From: a virus
Taxonomy: Duplodnaviria; Caudoviricetes
Virus record (IMG/VR): IMGVR_UViG_3300046709_000146
Coordinates: 1 to 63,703 of that record
Reading direction: 5' to 3' (one strand)
DNA length: 63,703 nt
Each line of letters opens with the position of its first letter. Positions within the stretch are counted from its first letter, which is position 1. Positions 1 through 8,980 of the stretch are shown piece by piece. The notes beneath the pieces are model-generated. The model made no database searches and had not been told where the DNA came from. It saw nothing but the letters and a program-made list of their open reading frames with translations. Both the position numbers and the translations under genes were made by a program.

Positions 1-49
1 ACTCTGAGCGTATCGGTCATGGCTTGAGGCTCCAGTCATCAGGCGGTGG
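1..49 (+). repeat. 49-bp terminal direct repeat (assembly circularity overlap), copy 1
   Basis: actctgagcgtatcggtcatggcttgaggctccagtcatcaggcggtgg is identical to 63655-63703. Confidence 0.97.
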
Positions 50-721
50 AAAGTCTTTTCCGGGCGGTACGCCCGCAGGCAGCACGGCGCGCGCGTGCAC
101 GTCGGCCTCGGTCTCCGTGTCGACAGGACGGTCGGTGAAGAGCAGCGCGTCGAAGCTCAGCGCCGGGTAGAACGGGCCCTGGTCGATGTCGTTCGCATCG
201 CGCCAGACCACGTCGATCTCCGACACGAAGCCGGGGAAGGTCTGCTGACCTGCCTCGATGAACGCCTCGCGCTTGATGGCGGTCGACAGGTCGATGCGCA
301 CGACGCCCGCCTCGAGCAGCACGTCGCCGCCGTCCGCGTGCGCCGGGTGGTAGCCGCGCTTGAGCGCGCGCAGCATCGAGTGCCAGACGCGGTCGAGCAG
401 CGGCCAGCGCACGTCGAGCTGCTCGCGCCCCGCGGCCGGCGTCGCGTACACGAACTGCAGCGTGCTCGTGTGATTGACCCACTGCACGGTCTGCTGGCTC
501 GAGCGCGACCGGACGCGGTAGCAGTGCAGCGCCGGCAGCGCGCCCGCGCCGACCATGGTCAGCGTGAACGGCACGTGCGACGTCGTGCTGACGGCGTTCT
601 CGACAGGCACGCCGGCTGCGGCCATGTCGATCGCGAGGTCGGCGTTGATGGCGTCGTAGAGCAGCGCCAGGATGGGCGTGACGAGCGGGTCGGGAATGAC
701 GTCGAGCGCGTTATCGGCCAC
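17..721 (-). CDS. Putative tail completion/terminator protein
   Basis: 234 aa; lies between neck genes and the gp38-like/sheath genes across the join; call rests on position. Confidence 0.55.
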   Translation of the reverse strand: MADNALDVIPDPLVTPILALLYDAINADLAIDMAAAGVPVENAVSTTSHVPFTLTMVGAGALPALHCYRVRSRSSQQTVQWVNHTSTLQFVYATPAAGREQLDVRWPLLDRVWHSMLRALKRGYHPAHADGGDVLLEAGVVRIDLSTAIKREAFIEAGQQTFPGFVSEIDVVWRDANDIDQGPFYPALSFDALLFTDRPVDTETEADVHARAVLPAGVPPGKDFPPPDDWSLKP

Positions 722-724
722 GTG

Positions 725-1117
725 TCACCTCCGCTCGAATGGGAAGGTGGAGCCGCCGACCGCGCCGCCGCCGCCGCTTGCGGGCGTGAAGCGTCCGTGA
801 ATCGCGCCGAGGTACTCGCGCTCGTAGTTGCGCGCGAGCGTGTGGTTGCGGTCGTCCTGCGCGGCCATCGCCGCGAAGTAGATCTTGCTGAGCGCCCGGT
901 AGCAGACGGCGAGCTTGAGCTCGACCGGGTTGGCGAGGTCGGTCTCGTGCAAGGGCGGCGCGCGCGAGGCGAGCGCTGCGATGGCGTCGTCGAGCGCGGC
1001 CTGGCGGAAGACGTCGCGCGTCGGCTGGTCCTTGTTGATGCGGTTGAGCTCGGACAGCCCGCCGACCTGGTTGGCGAGGTCCGTGTCGGTGCAGATGCTG
1101 TCGACCGCGAGCGCCAT
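725..1117 (-). CDS. Putative head-tail adaptor
   Basis: 130-aa helical protein downstream of capsid genes (ELKLAVCYRAL...ARNYEREY). Confidence 0.55.
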   Translation of the reverse strand: MALAVDSICTDTDLANQVGGLSELNRINKDQPTRDVFRQAALDDAIAALASRAPPLHETDLANPVELKLAVCYRALSKIYFAAMAAQDDRNHTLARNYEREYLGAIHGRFTPASGGGGAVGGSTFPFERR

Positions 1118-1518
1118 CAGCGAACCTCGAAGCCGCAGTCTTTGAAGGCGCGGCCCATCGCGCTCTCGAGGATGTCGCCGTCCTCGGCATCGATGGCATC
1201 GCGGATGAAGCGCTTTTCCGTGACGCCGGTGCGCGTGCCGAACTCTTGCGCCAGGCCGTAGAGGTAGCCGTCTTCGCTCGTCGCGGCGAAGCTGACGACG
1301 CCGAACATCTCGCCGTTGCCAGTCACCGTCACGCCGTCTGACTGGATGGAGTTGCGTAGCGCCGCCGTGCGGTCGGTGAACGTCGTCGTCAGCTTCGCGT
1401 GCGCTGCGATGCTCTCGAGCGTCAGGTCAAGGCCCTGCTCGAGCCGCACGCGCATCGCGCCCTCGAGCTGCGCAAACGCAGCATGGAAGGCGTCGAAGTC
1501 GGCGACGATGCTGATCAC
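1117..1518 (-). CDS. HK97 gp10-like neck/tail-completion protein
   Basis: C-terminal 133 aa of ORF 1117..2184; GTG start overlaps the upstream stop; DRTAALRNSI...YGLAQEFGT...RFIRDA motifs. Confidence 0.7.
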   Translation of the reverse strand: MISIVADFDAFHAAFAQLEGAMRVRLEQGLDLTLESIAAHAKLTTTFTDRTAALRNSIQSDGVTVTGNGEMFGVVSFAATSEDGYLYGLAQEFGTRTGVTEKRFIRDAIDAEDGDILESAMGRAFKDCGFEVR

Positions 1519-2330
1519 TTCTTGCCGCCCTTGCCCTTGAGCTTCTCGCTCCAGCTGGGCGCGCGCTCTCGAGCAGCGGGCGGCGGCTCGGGCGTGGGCA
1601 GCGCTTGACCGCCCTCGGGCAGCGTGGGCAGCGTGCCGCCCTCGGGTCGCGTGGGCAGGTTGACGCCGACAGGCGGGCGCCCTGGCACCGTGTTGTCGAT
1701 GCCGGGCTGCTCGCCAGGCAGCTCCTGGCCAGCCTCGGGGATGGCCGGCAGGTTGCCGCCTTCGGGGCGCTCGGGCAGGTTGACGCCGATGGGCGGCAGC
1801 TCGTCCGGCAGTTCGGGACGCGGCAGCTCGTTGTCGGGGCGCGGCCCTTCGGGCAGCGTCACGCCGATAGGCGGACGCTCGGGCGGCAGGGCGTTGTCGA
1901 TGCCGGGCTGCTCGCCAGGTAGCTCGTTGTCGACGCCAGGGCGCGTCGGCAGCGTCGTGCCTACGGGCGGCACTTCGGGCGGCAGCGTGTTGTCGATGCC
2001 GGGCTGTTCTCCCGGCAGCTCGTTGTCGATGCCGGGGATGGCGGGCAGCGTGCCGCCCGTGGGCGCGTTCGGGTCGGTCTCGCCCTCGCCCTTGAGCTTG
2101 CTGGTGTCGCCGAGCTCGAGCGGCTCGCCCTCGACGCGCAGCGCGCCGAGCACGGCGTGCGCGCAGATGAACTTGCGCAGGCACCGGACGTCGACCGAGC
2201 GCGTGGCCACGCCCTGCTCGAAATAGGTGCCGCCGTGCTCGCCCTCGAGCGTCTCCGAGAGCGCGAACAGCCAGCGGTCCGTGTACAGGGTCGCCGGCTC
2301 GTAGGGTACGTCGTCGATCGAGAGTGCCAT
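1515..2330 (-). CDS. Virion-region protein with Pro-rich PG(I/V)DNxLP repeats
   Basis: 271 aa directly after the capsid gene; repeated PGIDNELP and PPIGVxLPE units. Confidence 0.7.
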   Translation of the reverse strand: MALSIDDVPYEPATLYTDRWLFALSETLEGEHGGTYFEQGVATRSVDVRCLRKFICAHAVLGALRVEGEPLELGDTSKLKGEGETDPNAPTGGTLPAIPGIDNELPGEQPGIDNTLPPEVPPVGTTLPTRPGVDNELPGEQPGIDNALPPERPPIGVTLPEGPRPDNELPRPELPDELPPIGVNLPERPEGGNLPAIPEAGQELPGEQPGIDNTVPGRPPVGVNLPTRPEGGTLPTLPEGGQALPTPEPPPAARERAPSWSEKLKGKGGKK

Positions 2331-2377
2331 GGGCGTCGAGCTCCAGCCGCGCGAGCGAGCGCAGCGCTACGGGTTGG

Positions 2378-3658
2378 TCAAGCGGTCTTGAGCTCGGAGG
2401 CGCGCGCGATCGCGTACTCGCTGCCGACCGCGAGCGAGCCGTACCACTCGACGCGCGTGCGGAAGCCGGCCTTGCTCTCGAGCTGGCCGATGTCGTACAT
2501 CTTGACGCCGCCGATGACTGCGTCGTACGGCGTCAGGTTCGCAAGCGCCTGCTCGCCCTGCTGCTGCACGCCGAAGTACAGGCCCGTCTCCGCTTCGAGG
2601 CTCGCCAGGTACACGCTGGACAGCGTGGTGCTCGCGCCCTTGACCTCGTTGCTCGGCACGTCGTCGACCTGGAAGATCGGATAGCCGTTGTACTGCGGCA
2701 CGAGCACCTGCGCGGGCTGGCCGTTCATGCCCAGCACCGGGATGGCGAGCATCTCGGGCGTCATGCCGCCCGAGGCCGAGCGAGACAGCGCCATGAACTT
2801 GCGCTTGAGCTTGGCGTTCATGAAGAACGCCGCCTGCTCGCGGTGCTTGAGCTTCTCGAAGATGAGCTGGTCGAGCGTGTCGAAGCTCAGCGCGTCGCCG
2901 TCCACGCCGGCCACCGACGACGGCACGGTCTGCGACGGCGGAACGAGCTTGGGCAGCCCGTCGAACTCGTGCGTGGTCGTGTTGAACGTGACCGAGGTGA
3001 TGCCGTCCGCAGTCGCCGAGGCGACCGTGATGTTGACGACGATCTTCTTGTTCGGATTGTCGGACGCGAGCACGACGTTGGTGCTGTTCGCAGTGACCGC
3101 GACGGGCGTGCCGAACGTGCGATCGCCGGGCGCGCGGTAGCTCCAGAACGTGCCGGCGTGCGTGTACTTGATGTCGCCCGGTCCAAAGCGCGCCGAGTCC
3201 GTGTGCGCGCTGGCGCTGACGAACACGAGCGCGAGAGCCGGGTTCACGGCCGCGCCCGAGAAGGTCGCGCTCGTGACGTAGCCGCCGCCGAACATCCGGT
3301 CCTGCAGCTTCATGCCGAGGGCCTTGAGCTTCTGCTTGAGCTGGATGGCGCGCGGGTCGCCGTTCGGGTCGGTCTGGTTGAGGACCGTGTTGAGCACGTC
3401 GACGTCGGTCTCGATGAGCCGCATCGGAACGGTCACATCGTCGAACGTCGCCGACGACTCGACGGTGACGGGGTTGGCAGGGTCGACGAACTCGATCGTG
3501 GGCAGCGCCTTCTCACGAGCGTACGTCCACGCGGAGCCTGTCTTCGGCACGAACTGCATGCGCGAGAAGAGCTCGTTGGTGACCGCGATGCCGAGGAACA
3601 CGCCGCGAGTGAGCGGGTTGCGGGCGATCTTCGCCGCCTCGTAGAGGGTGAATGCCAT
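2378..3658 (-). CDS. Major capsid protein (HK97 fold) with internal insertion
   Basis: Start MAFTLYEAAK; REKALP and EFDGL motifs; follows scaffold gene. Confidence 0.85.
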   Translation of the reverse strand: MAFTLYEAAKIARNPLTRGVFLGIAVTNELFSRMQFVPKTGSAWTYAREKALPTIEFVDPANPVTVESSATFDDVTVPMRLIETDVDVLNTVLNQTDPNGDPRAIQLKQKLKALGMKLQDRMFGGGYVTSATFSGAAVNPALALVFVSASAHTDSARFGPGDIKYTHAGTFWSYRAPGDRTFGTPVAVTANSTNVVLASDNPNKKIVVNITVASATADGITSVTFNTTTHEFDGLPKLVPPSQTVPSSVAGVDGDALSFDTLDQLIFEKLKHREQAAFFMNAKLKRKFMALSRSASGGMTPEMLAIPVLGMNGQPAQVLVPQYNGYPIFQVDDVPSNEVKGASTTLSSVYLASLEAETGLYFGVQQQGEQALANLTPYDAVIGGVKMYDIGQLESKAGFRTRVEWYGSLAVGSEYAIARASELKTA

Positions 3659-3714
3659 GGCGGGTGAATCTCCTGTCTGAGTGTTTCTGCCCGCCTGCAA
3701 TCACGCGGGTCTGG

Positions 3715-4560
3715 TTACGAGGACTTTTGTGCTTGTGCGCTGAGACCTGCCGAGAGCAGGCCGTCGAGGTTGGCGATGGTGTCGACGGTCTGCGGACCGC
3801 CGTTGCCGTTGAGCGGCGAGCGCGGCGAGTTGCTGCCGCCGTCCTGCTTGCCGGCGAAGTAGGGGTTGTCGACGAGGTACTGCTTGGCCGCCTCGGCGAG
3901 CTTGGTGAAGCTCTTGCCGCCGACTGCCACGGACTTGGGCTCGAGGTTGTCGTCGAGCTCGATCTGCGCCTCGCTCAGGAACGTGAGCGTCGCGGCCTTG
4001 CTCGCGCCCTTGGCGATGCCGGCGTCGGACAGCGCGCTCGAGACCAGGTGACGCTGCACGTAGCCCCGGTGCGCGTCGGCGGCCTTGGCGGCGTTCTGCT
4101 CGGCGGCGGCGACCTTCGCGGCCCACTCGGCCTCGAGCTGCTTTTGCTTGTCGGTCGACTTCTGCAGGTTGTGCTGGAGCTTCTCGAGCTCGCTCTTGCC
4201 CTTGAGCTTCTCCTGCTCGAGCTGCTCCTCGCGCGCGGCGTCCGCCTCGGCCAGGCGGGCCTTGATGCTGTCGAGGTCGGCGAGCGCAGCGGCCTGCGCA
4301 TCGAGCTGCACCTTGAGCTTGCCGACACGCTCCTGGACGATCGCGTTGAGCTCCTCTTGCGAGAACGTCTTGCCGCCGCCTGGCGCGGGGTCGCCGTCCG
4401 GCGAGCGCAGCACGCCGGGCAGCGCAAACCAGGGCAGGGCGTTGCAGACGGTCGCGCTACGGGCGACGGGCTCGCGCATGCGCAGCGGGTCGAACGCCTC
4501 GCGCTCGAAGGCGCTGGCGGCGAACGCGTGACTGCGGGCGTGCTTGGTGGGCGTGGTCAT
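3715..4560 (-). CDS. Capsid scaffolding protein
   Basis: KTFSQEELNAIVQERV motif then long coiled coil; immediately upstream of capsid gene. Confidence 0.8.
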   Translation of the reverse strand: MTTPTKHARSHAFAASAFEREAFDPLRMREPVARSATVCNALPWFALPGVLRSPDGDPAPGGGKTFSQEELNAIVQERVGKLKVQLDAQAAALADLDSIKARLAEADAAREEQLEQEKLKGKSELEKLQHNLQKSTDKQKQLEAEWAAKVAAAEQNAAKAADAHRGYVQRHLVSSALSDAGIAKGASKAATLTFLSEAQIELDDNLEPKSVAVGGKSFTKLAEAAKQYLVDNPYFAGKQDGGSNSPRSPLNGNGGPQTVDTIANLDGLLSAGLSAQAQKSS

Positions 4561-4676
4561 GGTGGTCTCTCGTCTCCCCGGCAGCGCCGGTGTTCCCCGA
4601 TTGACAGCACGCGCTGACGCAGCCCAACGGGTCGGAGCTGCAGCGCTGGGGCGGATGCTTTCACAGCACCGCCAAG

Positions 4677-4702
4677 ATCAATCACAATGGCCCCCGGGCA
4701 GG
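4677..4702 (-). promoter_or_regulatory. Candidate late-promoter motif, copy 1
   Basis: atcaatcacaatggcccccgggcagg resembles 47541-47565; both are intergenic and upstream of structural genes. Confidence 0.45.
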
Positions 4703-4891
4703 GGCCGAGCCCGGGCGCCTAGCGGGGCCTGCGCGGCGCCTGGCGGCCTCGGCGCGCCGCGCAGTACGCCCAGGCGTCGACGCAGAGCTCGAGCGCCCAG
4801 AAGAGCGCGCAGGCGGGCCAGTAGCGCGACTCGACGTGCGCCCAGCCGTACGCGATGAGCGCAGCGACCAGCAGGTCGAGCGCGAGCAGCG

Positions 4892-5119
4892 TCACGGCGC
4901 AGCCGGGGAGGGCGCGAGCGACAGCAGCGTGAAGCGCGGGCGCATGAGGCCGTCCGGCCACTGCACCGGCTCGATGAACATCTCGAGCGGGCGCACCCAG
5001 ATCGCGCTCGTCTCGTGCGAGACGTAGACCACGACGCGCTGCTCGCGGTCCTCGCTCAGCCGCGCAAGCCAGAGCAGCGTATACGTGCCGCCCTTGTAGT
5101 GGCGATAGGACTGCATCAT
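4892..5119 (-). CDS. DUF1653-family small protein
   Basis: YRHYKGGTY...VVVY...IWVRPLEMF...PRF. Confidence 0.8.
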   Translation of the reverse strand: MMQSYRHYKGGTYTLLWLARLSEDREQRVVVYVSHETSAIWVRPLEMFIEPVQWPDGLMRPRFTLLSLAPSPAAP

Positions 5120-6096
5120 CGCGGCTCGCCCGTCCGGTGGTAGACGGCGGCGAGCTCGCTGCGCGCCCGCGGCGCCGGGAGCTTTCCGTTGGACGCGCCG
5201 CGCAGGAGCGACAGCGGGCGGCCCTCGACGAACGCGTTGTACGCATGGATGGCGCGCGCCGCCTCGTCGAGACCTGCGACCATGCGGCCGAGTTCCGGCC
5301 CACGCATCCCGGTGATCATGACGCTGCAGAGCGCCTTGACCGCCGTGCACTCCTGGCCGCCGATGACGTGCGAGTTGTCCACGACGTGCGTGAAGAACTC
5401 GAGCGCCGCGTCTCGGTCGACACGCAGACACGCGACCATGCCCGCCATCAGCCCGGCCCTCGGCTGCATGCCCTTGACGCTGCGCCGGTGCAGCGCGGCG
5501 ATGACGTCGCGGAACGGATGCGCGAGCGCGATGTCCACCTTGGCCTGGTTGCCCAGGCGCGCGTACGCGTTCTCGCCGAACCCGACGTGGTCGTAGACGA
5601 GGCCCGCGATGACGCCTGCGTGCAGCGCGGTCTTGCCGGAGCTTTTGATCTTGGCAATCTGCGCCAGCGACCGCGACTTGTTGCCGGAGTCGATCGTGCT
5701 GAACGCGTCGTCGCCGACGATGCACACGGTCCAGTCCAACGTCACGCCCGCCTGCACCTGCGCCGTCAGGCGATGCTGGCCGTCCACCAGGTCGACCTCG
5801 CGCGAGAAGCACAGCGCCGAGCCATTCTCGAGGAAGCGCCCCTCGGTCATGGCCGCCTGCAGACGCGCGACGTGCTTCTTGCTGACGCTGCGCTGGTAGG
5901 CCGGGCGCAGCTCGAGCAGCTGGCGCGCCTGGTCTGGCGTGCAGCCGTGAATCCGGCCGAACGTGCTGTTGGACCATCGCGTCGCGCCGATGGCGCACAG
6001 CACGGCGCCGACCATCTCATCTGTCAGCTCCGTCTTGGTCGTGTGCACAGGCCGCCCCCATTGGTTGATCAGTGTCAGCTGCCGTCGATTCGTCAT
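5116..6096 (-). CDS. ParB/Srx-like DGQHR-motif protein
   Basis: YQRSVSKKHV...LVDGQHRLTA. Confidence 0.7.
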   Translation of the reverse strand: MTNRRQLTLINQWGRPVHTTKTELTDEMVGAVLCAIGATRWSNSTFGRIHGCTPDQARQLLELRPAYQRSVSKKHVARLQAAMTEGRFLENGSALCFSREVDLVDGQHRLTAQVQAGVTLDWTVCIVGDDAFSTIDSGNKSRSLAQIAKIKSSGKTALHAGVIAGLVYDHVGFGENAYARLGNQAKVDIALAHPFRDVIAALHRRSVKGMQPRAGLMAGMVACLRVDRDAALEFFTHVVDNSHVIGGQECTAVKALCSVMITGMRGPELGRMVAGLDEAARAIHAYNAFVEGRPLSLLRGASNGKLPAPRARSELAAVYHRTGEPR

Positions 6097-8288
6097 CCTG
6101 CCCCTGCCTTCCTGCTGCGCGTGAGCAGCGAGCTAACGCGCTTGATCTGACCGGTCGGCTCGAGCACCTGCTGGCCCTTCTCGAGCAGCGCGTGCCGCGT
6201 CGGACCGAGGATGGCGCGCGCCTTGTCCGGGTTCGCAGCGAGCCAGCCGGCCGCGTCAGGCGAGTCGTGGTCCTGCATCTCCTCGGGCACCTGGCCCTCC
6301 TCGTCTGCAGGCCGGTCGAAGAACTTGCGGTCGATGACGGCGTGCACCGTGCACAAGCAGTTATGTGCTACAACGCCATCGACGACGTACGACTCATCGA
6401 CGTCGACAGCGAAGTTGTGCACCGGGCCGTCGTAGGCGACGCGCTCGAGCGCCGTCACAGTGGAGAGAGAGAAGTGCCCAGCAGCAGCCCTCACGTTGAC
6501 GCTCTCGCGCAAGAGGTCGTCAAGCTCTACGTCGCCAAGCAGCTGAGCGTTCTGGAAATCGCGACTCGCACCGGACTGCATCGGGCGACTGTCGACCGCG
6601 TTCTGCAACGCGCCCAGATCGTCAAGCGTACTGCCTCCGAGCAGCAGATCGTGGCCAGCGCGCGTCGCTCGCCTGCGAAGCGCAAGGCCATGGTTGTCGC
6701 TGCGCACGTCGCTCGACGCGGGTCGCAAGACTCCTTCGCGTCGCTGTTCGCACGAGCTCACACCAAAGAGCATCGCGCTGTCCCGACCGCTCACGAGGCG
6801 CGCGTGCTCGCTGCACTCACCGACGACGGGTACCTGCCTGTCGCGCAGCTGGCTGTCGGCAAGTACAACGTCGACGCTGGGCTTCCCGAGCTGATGCTCG
6901 CTGTCGAGGTCGACCCTGGCGACTGGCATCGCGGCGGGCGCAAGCGCATCGCTGACCTTGCCAAAGAGCGCTACCTCGCTGCGGTCGGCTGGCGCGTGCT
7001 GCGCGTCGACCCGAGTAAAGACCCGGTCACCTGGCTGAAGCTGCTCCGCAGTCTGCCAGCCCCGAGCCGTAAGCACAGGATGCTCTGGCGTCGCTATCAG
7101 ACGCTTGTCGCCAATGGTCGCTACGACGAGCTGGCCGCGCCATGGGCGCGCGCTGAGGCGCAGCACGCGACGTAGCGCGCCCGAGTGCGTGCGCACGAGC
7201 ATGCCCGGCACGATGCGCTCGATGGGTACGTCGCCGTCGCTGGTCTCGACCAGACAGCCAGGCGGGCAGCAGTTCGGGTGCGGCATCGCGGGCACTGCGC
7301 CTGCTGGGTAGCGACCGGGGCCGAGCTCGTACGCATTCTGGTTGGCGAGGATGTCGCAGACGTCCATGCGCGAGCCGCCGTGCAGCGAGCTCGCGTGGCG
7401 GTTGCTGAGCGTCCACTGGAAGCAGACCACGCCCGGCTTGTCGGCCGTCTGCTTGACGTACGACTGGCGCATCGCCTCGACCGTCTCGGAGCGCGCGATG
7501 CGGTTGGCCTGGAAGGCGAGCTTGTCTTTGACGTAGCGCCCGACCACGTCGTCGAGCTGCTTGTCGCTGGCGGTCTGCACCTCGCGCACGAACTTCTTGG
7601 TCGCGCTCTTGAGGCTGTACTTGCTCGGCAGGAACGTGTTGTCGGTCTGCACCTCGCCGAGCTTGGCGATGCGCCCGGCGTAGCTCTTGGCCAGCTGGCG
7701 CAGCTCGCCCGCGTCGCCTGCGCGCGCGGCGGCCTCGAGCTCCTGGAGGTACTTGGGCAGCTCGACGGCGCGCGGGTCGATGCGCTCGATCTTGCGCGCG
7801 GCGCCGAGGATGCCTCGCTGCTGCTGGACGCCTCGCTGCACCTCGGCGGCCATCTGCTGCGAGACCTCGCGGTCGACGCGGCGCATGCGCTTGGTCAGCC
7901 CGACCTTGTCGACGGTGATGCGTCCGGCGATGCGGTCTGCGGCCTCGCTCATCGCGCTCGCGGTCGCGCGCACCTGCGCGTCGAGCACCTCGTCGCCGAG
8001 CACGGCGCGGAACGTCTGCTCTGCTGCGGCGGGGCCGGCGTCGGCGCCAGCGCGGATGGACTGCCGCACGATGCGCACGCGCTTGGGGAAGGTCTTCGCG
8101 AACTCCGCATCGAACAGCTGCTCGAGCTCGGCGGTCGAGCGGCGCACCTTGGTGGCCTCGCGCAGCTTGGCGAGCACGTCGCTGGCGAGCTGCGCGTGCG
8201 CCTGGGCGAGGTCGAGCTCGCCGCGACGGATCTTGCCGAGCAGCTTGCGCAGCTCCGCGCGGTAGAGCGTGAGCGCCTTGTCAGCCAC
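6093..8288 (-). CDS. Minor head morphogenesis protein (SPP1 gp7/Mu gpF-like) containing an intein
   Basis: RIARSET...DVCD...HPN/CLC C-terminal motif; follows portal region. Confidence 0.85.
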   Translation of the reverse strand: MADKALTLYRAELRKLLGKIRRGELDLAQAHAQLASDVLAKLREATKVRRSTAELEQLFDAEFAKTFPKRVRIVRQSIRAGADAGPAAAEQTFRAVLGDEVLDAQVRATASAMSEAADRIAGRITVDKVGLTKRMRRVDREVSQQMAAEVQRGVQQQRGILGAARKIERIDPRAVELPKYLQELEAAARAGDAGELRQLAKSYAGRIAKLGEVQTDNTFLPSKYSLKSATKKFVREVQTASDKQLDDVVGRYVKDKLAFQANRIARSETVEAMRQSYVKQTADKPGVVCFQWTLSNRHASSLHGGSRMDVCDILANQNAYELGPGRYPAGAVPAMPHPNCCPPGCLVETSDGDVPIERIVPGMLVRTHSGALRRVLRLSARPWRGQLVVATIGDKRLIATPEHPVLTARGWQTAEQLQPGDRVFTRVDAQHAPADRSEVALFGKVSDALAPAAMPVARVDLDSEHQLGKPSVDVVLADSQLRDRQVPVVGECSEHARLVSGRDSAMLFGVSSCEQRREGVLRPASSDVRSDNHGLALRRRATRAGHDLLLGGSTLDDLGALQNAVDSRPMQSGASRDFQNAQLLGDVELDDLLRESVNVRAAAGHFSLSTVTALERVAYDGPVHNFAVDVDESYVVDGVVAHNCLCTVHAVIDRKFFDRPADEEGQVPEEMQDHDSPDAAGWLAANPDKARAILGPTRHALLEKGQQVLEPTGQIKRVSSLLTRSRKAGAG
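6360..7271 (-). mobile_element. Intein (304 aa) inserted at HPN|CLC
   Basis: Block A CCPPGCLV, block B ATPEHPVLT, block F VHNFAV, terminal VAHN followed by Cys+1. Confidence 0.92.
6474..7175 (+). CDS. HTH + Vsr/DUF559-like endonuclease encoded antisense inside the intein
   Basis: GGAG RBS at 6462 and GTG at 6474; HTH LSVLEIATRTGLHRATVDRVL; PTAHE...YNVD...AVEVDPGDWH...D..KERYL...GWRVLRV. Confidence 0.85.
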   Translation: MPSSSPHVDALAQEVVKLYVAKQLSVLEIATRTGLHRATVDRVLQRAQIVKRTASEQQIVASARRSPAKRKAMVVAAHVARRGSQDSFASLFARAHTKEHRAVPTAHEARVLAALTDDGYLPVAQLAVGKYNVDAGLPELMLAVEVDPGDWHRGGRKRIADLAKERYLAAVGWRVLRVDPSKDPVTWLKLLRSLPAPSRKHRMLWRRYQTLVANGRYDELAAPWARAEAQHAT

Positions 8289-8523
8289 GCGACGCCTCCT
8301 CAGGCGGCAGGCCGAGCGAGAGTTCGAGGTGCAGCGCGGCGAACGGAATCAGGCAGAGGTAGATGTGCAGATGGTTCGGGTAGGCGAAGCGCTCGATGAC
8401 CATGCCGCTCTGGAGGCGGCGCTCGACGATGACGAGCTGCTCGACGCACTGGCGCACGTCCCAGTGCAGCCCGACCCAGGCGTAGCGCCACTGGAGCTCG
8501 AAGCGCATGCGTACGAACATCAT
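8281..8523 (-). CDS. Hypothetical protein
   Basis: MMFVRMRFELQW...; fills the operon gap. Confidence 0.5.
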   Translation of the reverse strand: MMFVRMRFELQWRYAWVGLHWDVRQCVEQLVIVERRLQSGMVIERFAYPNHLHIYLCLIPFAALHLELSLGLPPEEASRG

Positions 8524-8674
8524 CGGGTCTGCTCCTCGCTCTCGCGCTGCAGCTGCTCGACCTCGTTGACCAGGTCGTCGATCCACGGCAGGCACGCCAC
8601 GAACGCCAGCACGAACAGCGCCAGCGTGAACGCGCAGCCGATGCGCAGAATCTCGTCGTCGCGGCTGTGCTGTC

Positions 8675-8980
8675 TCACGGCGCCTCCTCGAGCAGCAGGA
8701 GCAGCTGCTCGAACGCCTCGCGCCTGGCCTTGGCCTCGCCCGGATAGTCTTCCTGGCCGGTGCGCTCGTCGTAGGCCCAGTCGTCGCGGTCGGTGCGCAG
8801 CGTGCTGACGAGCGCCTGGTAGGCCGAGCTCGCGCGCAAGAGCTCGAGGGCGCGCTGCGTGCGCACGAGCTCGAGCAGCGCGCCGCCCGGCACGAGCACC
8901 GAGTAGTAAGCGTCCGCCACGGTCAGCGAGCGCGCGTCGCGCGCCTGCTGCTCGAGGATGTCGAGGTCAGCGGTGAGCAT
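8675..8980 (-). CDS. Hypothetical protein
   Basis: 101 aa, coupled to the portal stop codon. Confidence 0.6.
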   Translation of the reverse strand: MLTADLDILEQQARDARSLTVADAYYSVLVPGGALLELVRTQRALELLRASSAYQALVSTLRTDRDDWAYDERTGQEDYPGEAKARREAFEQLLLLLEEAP

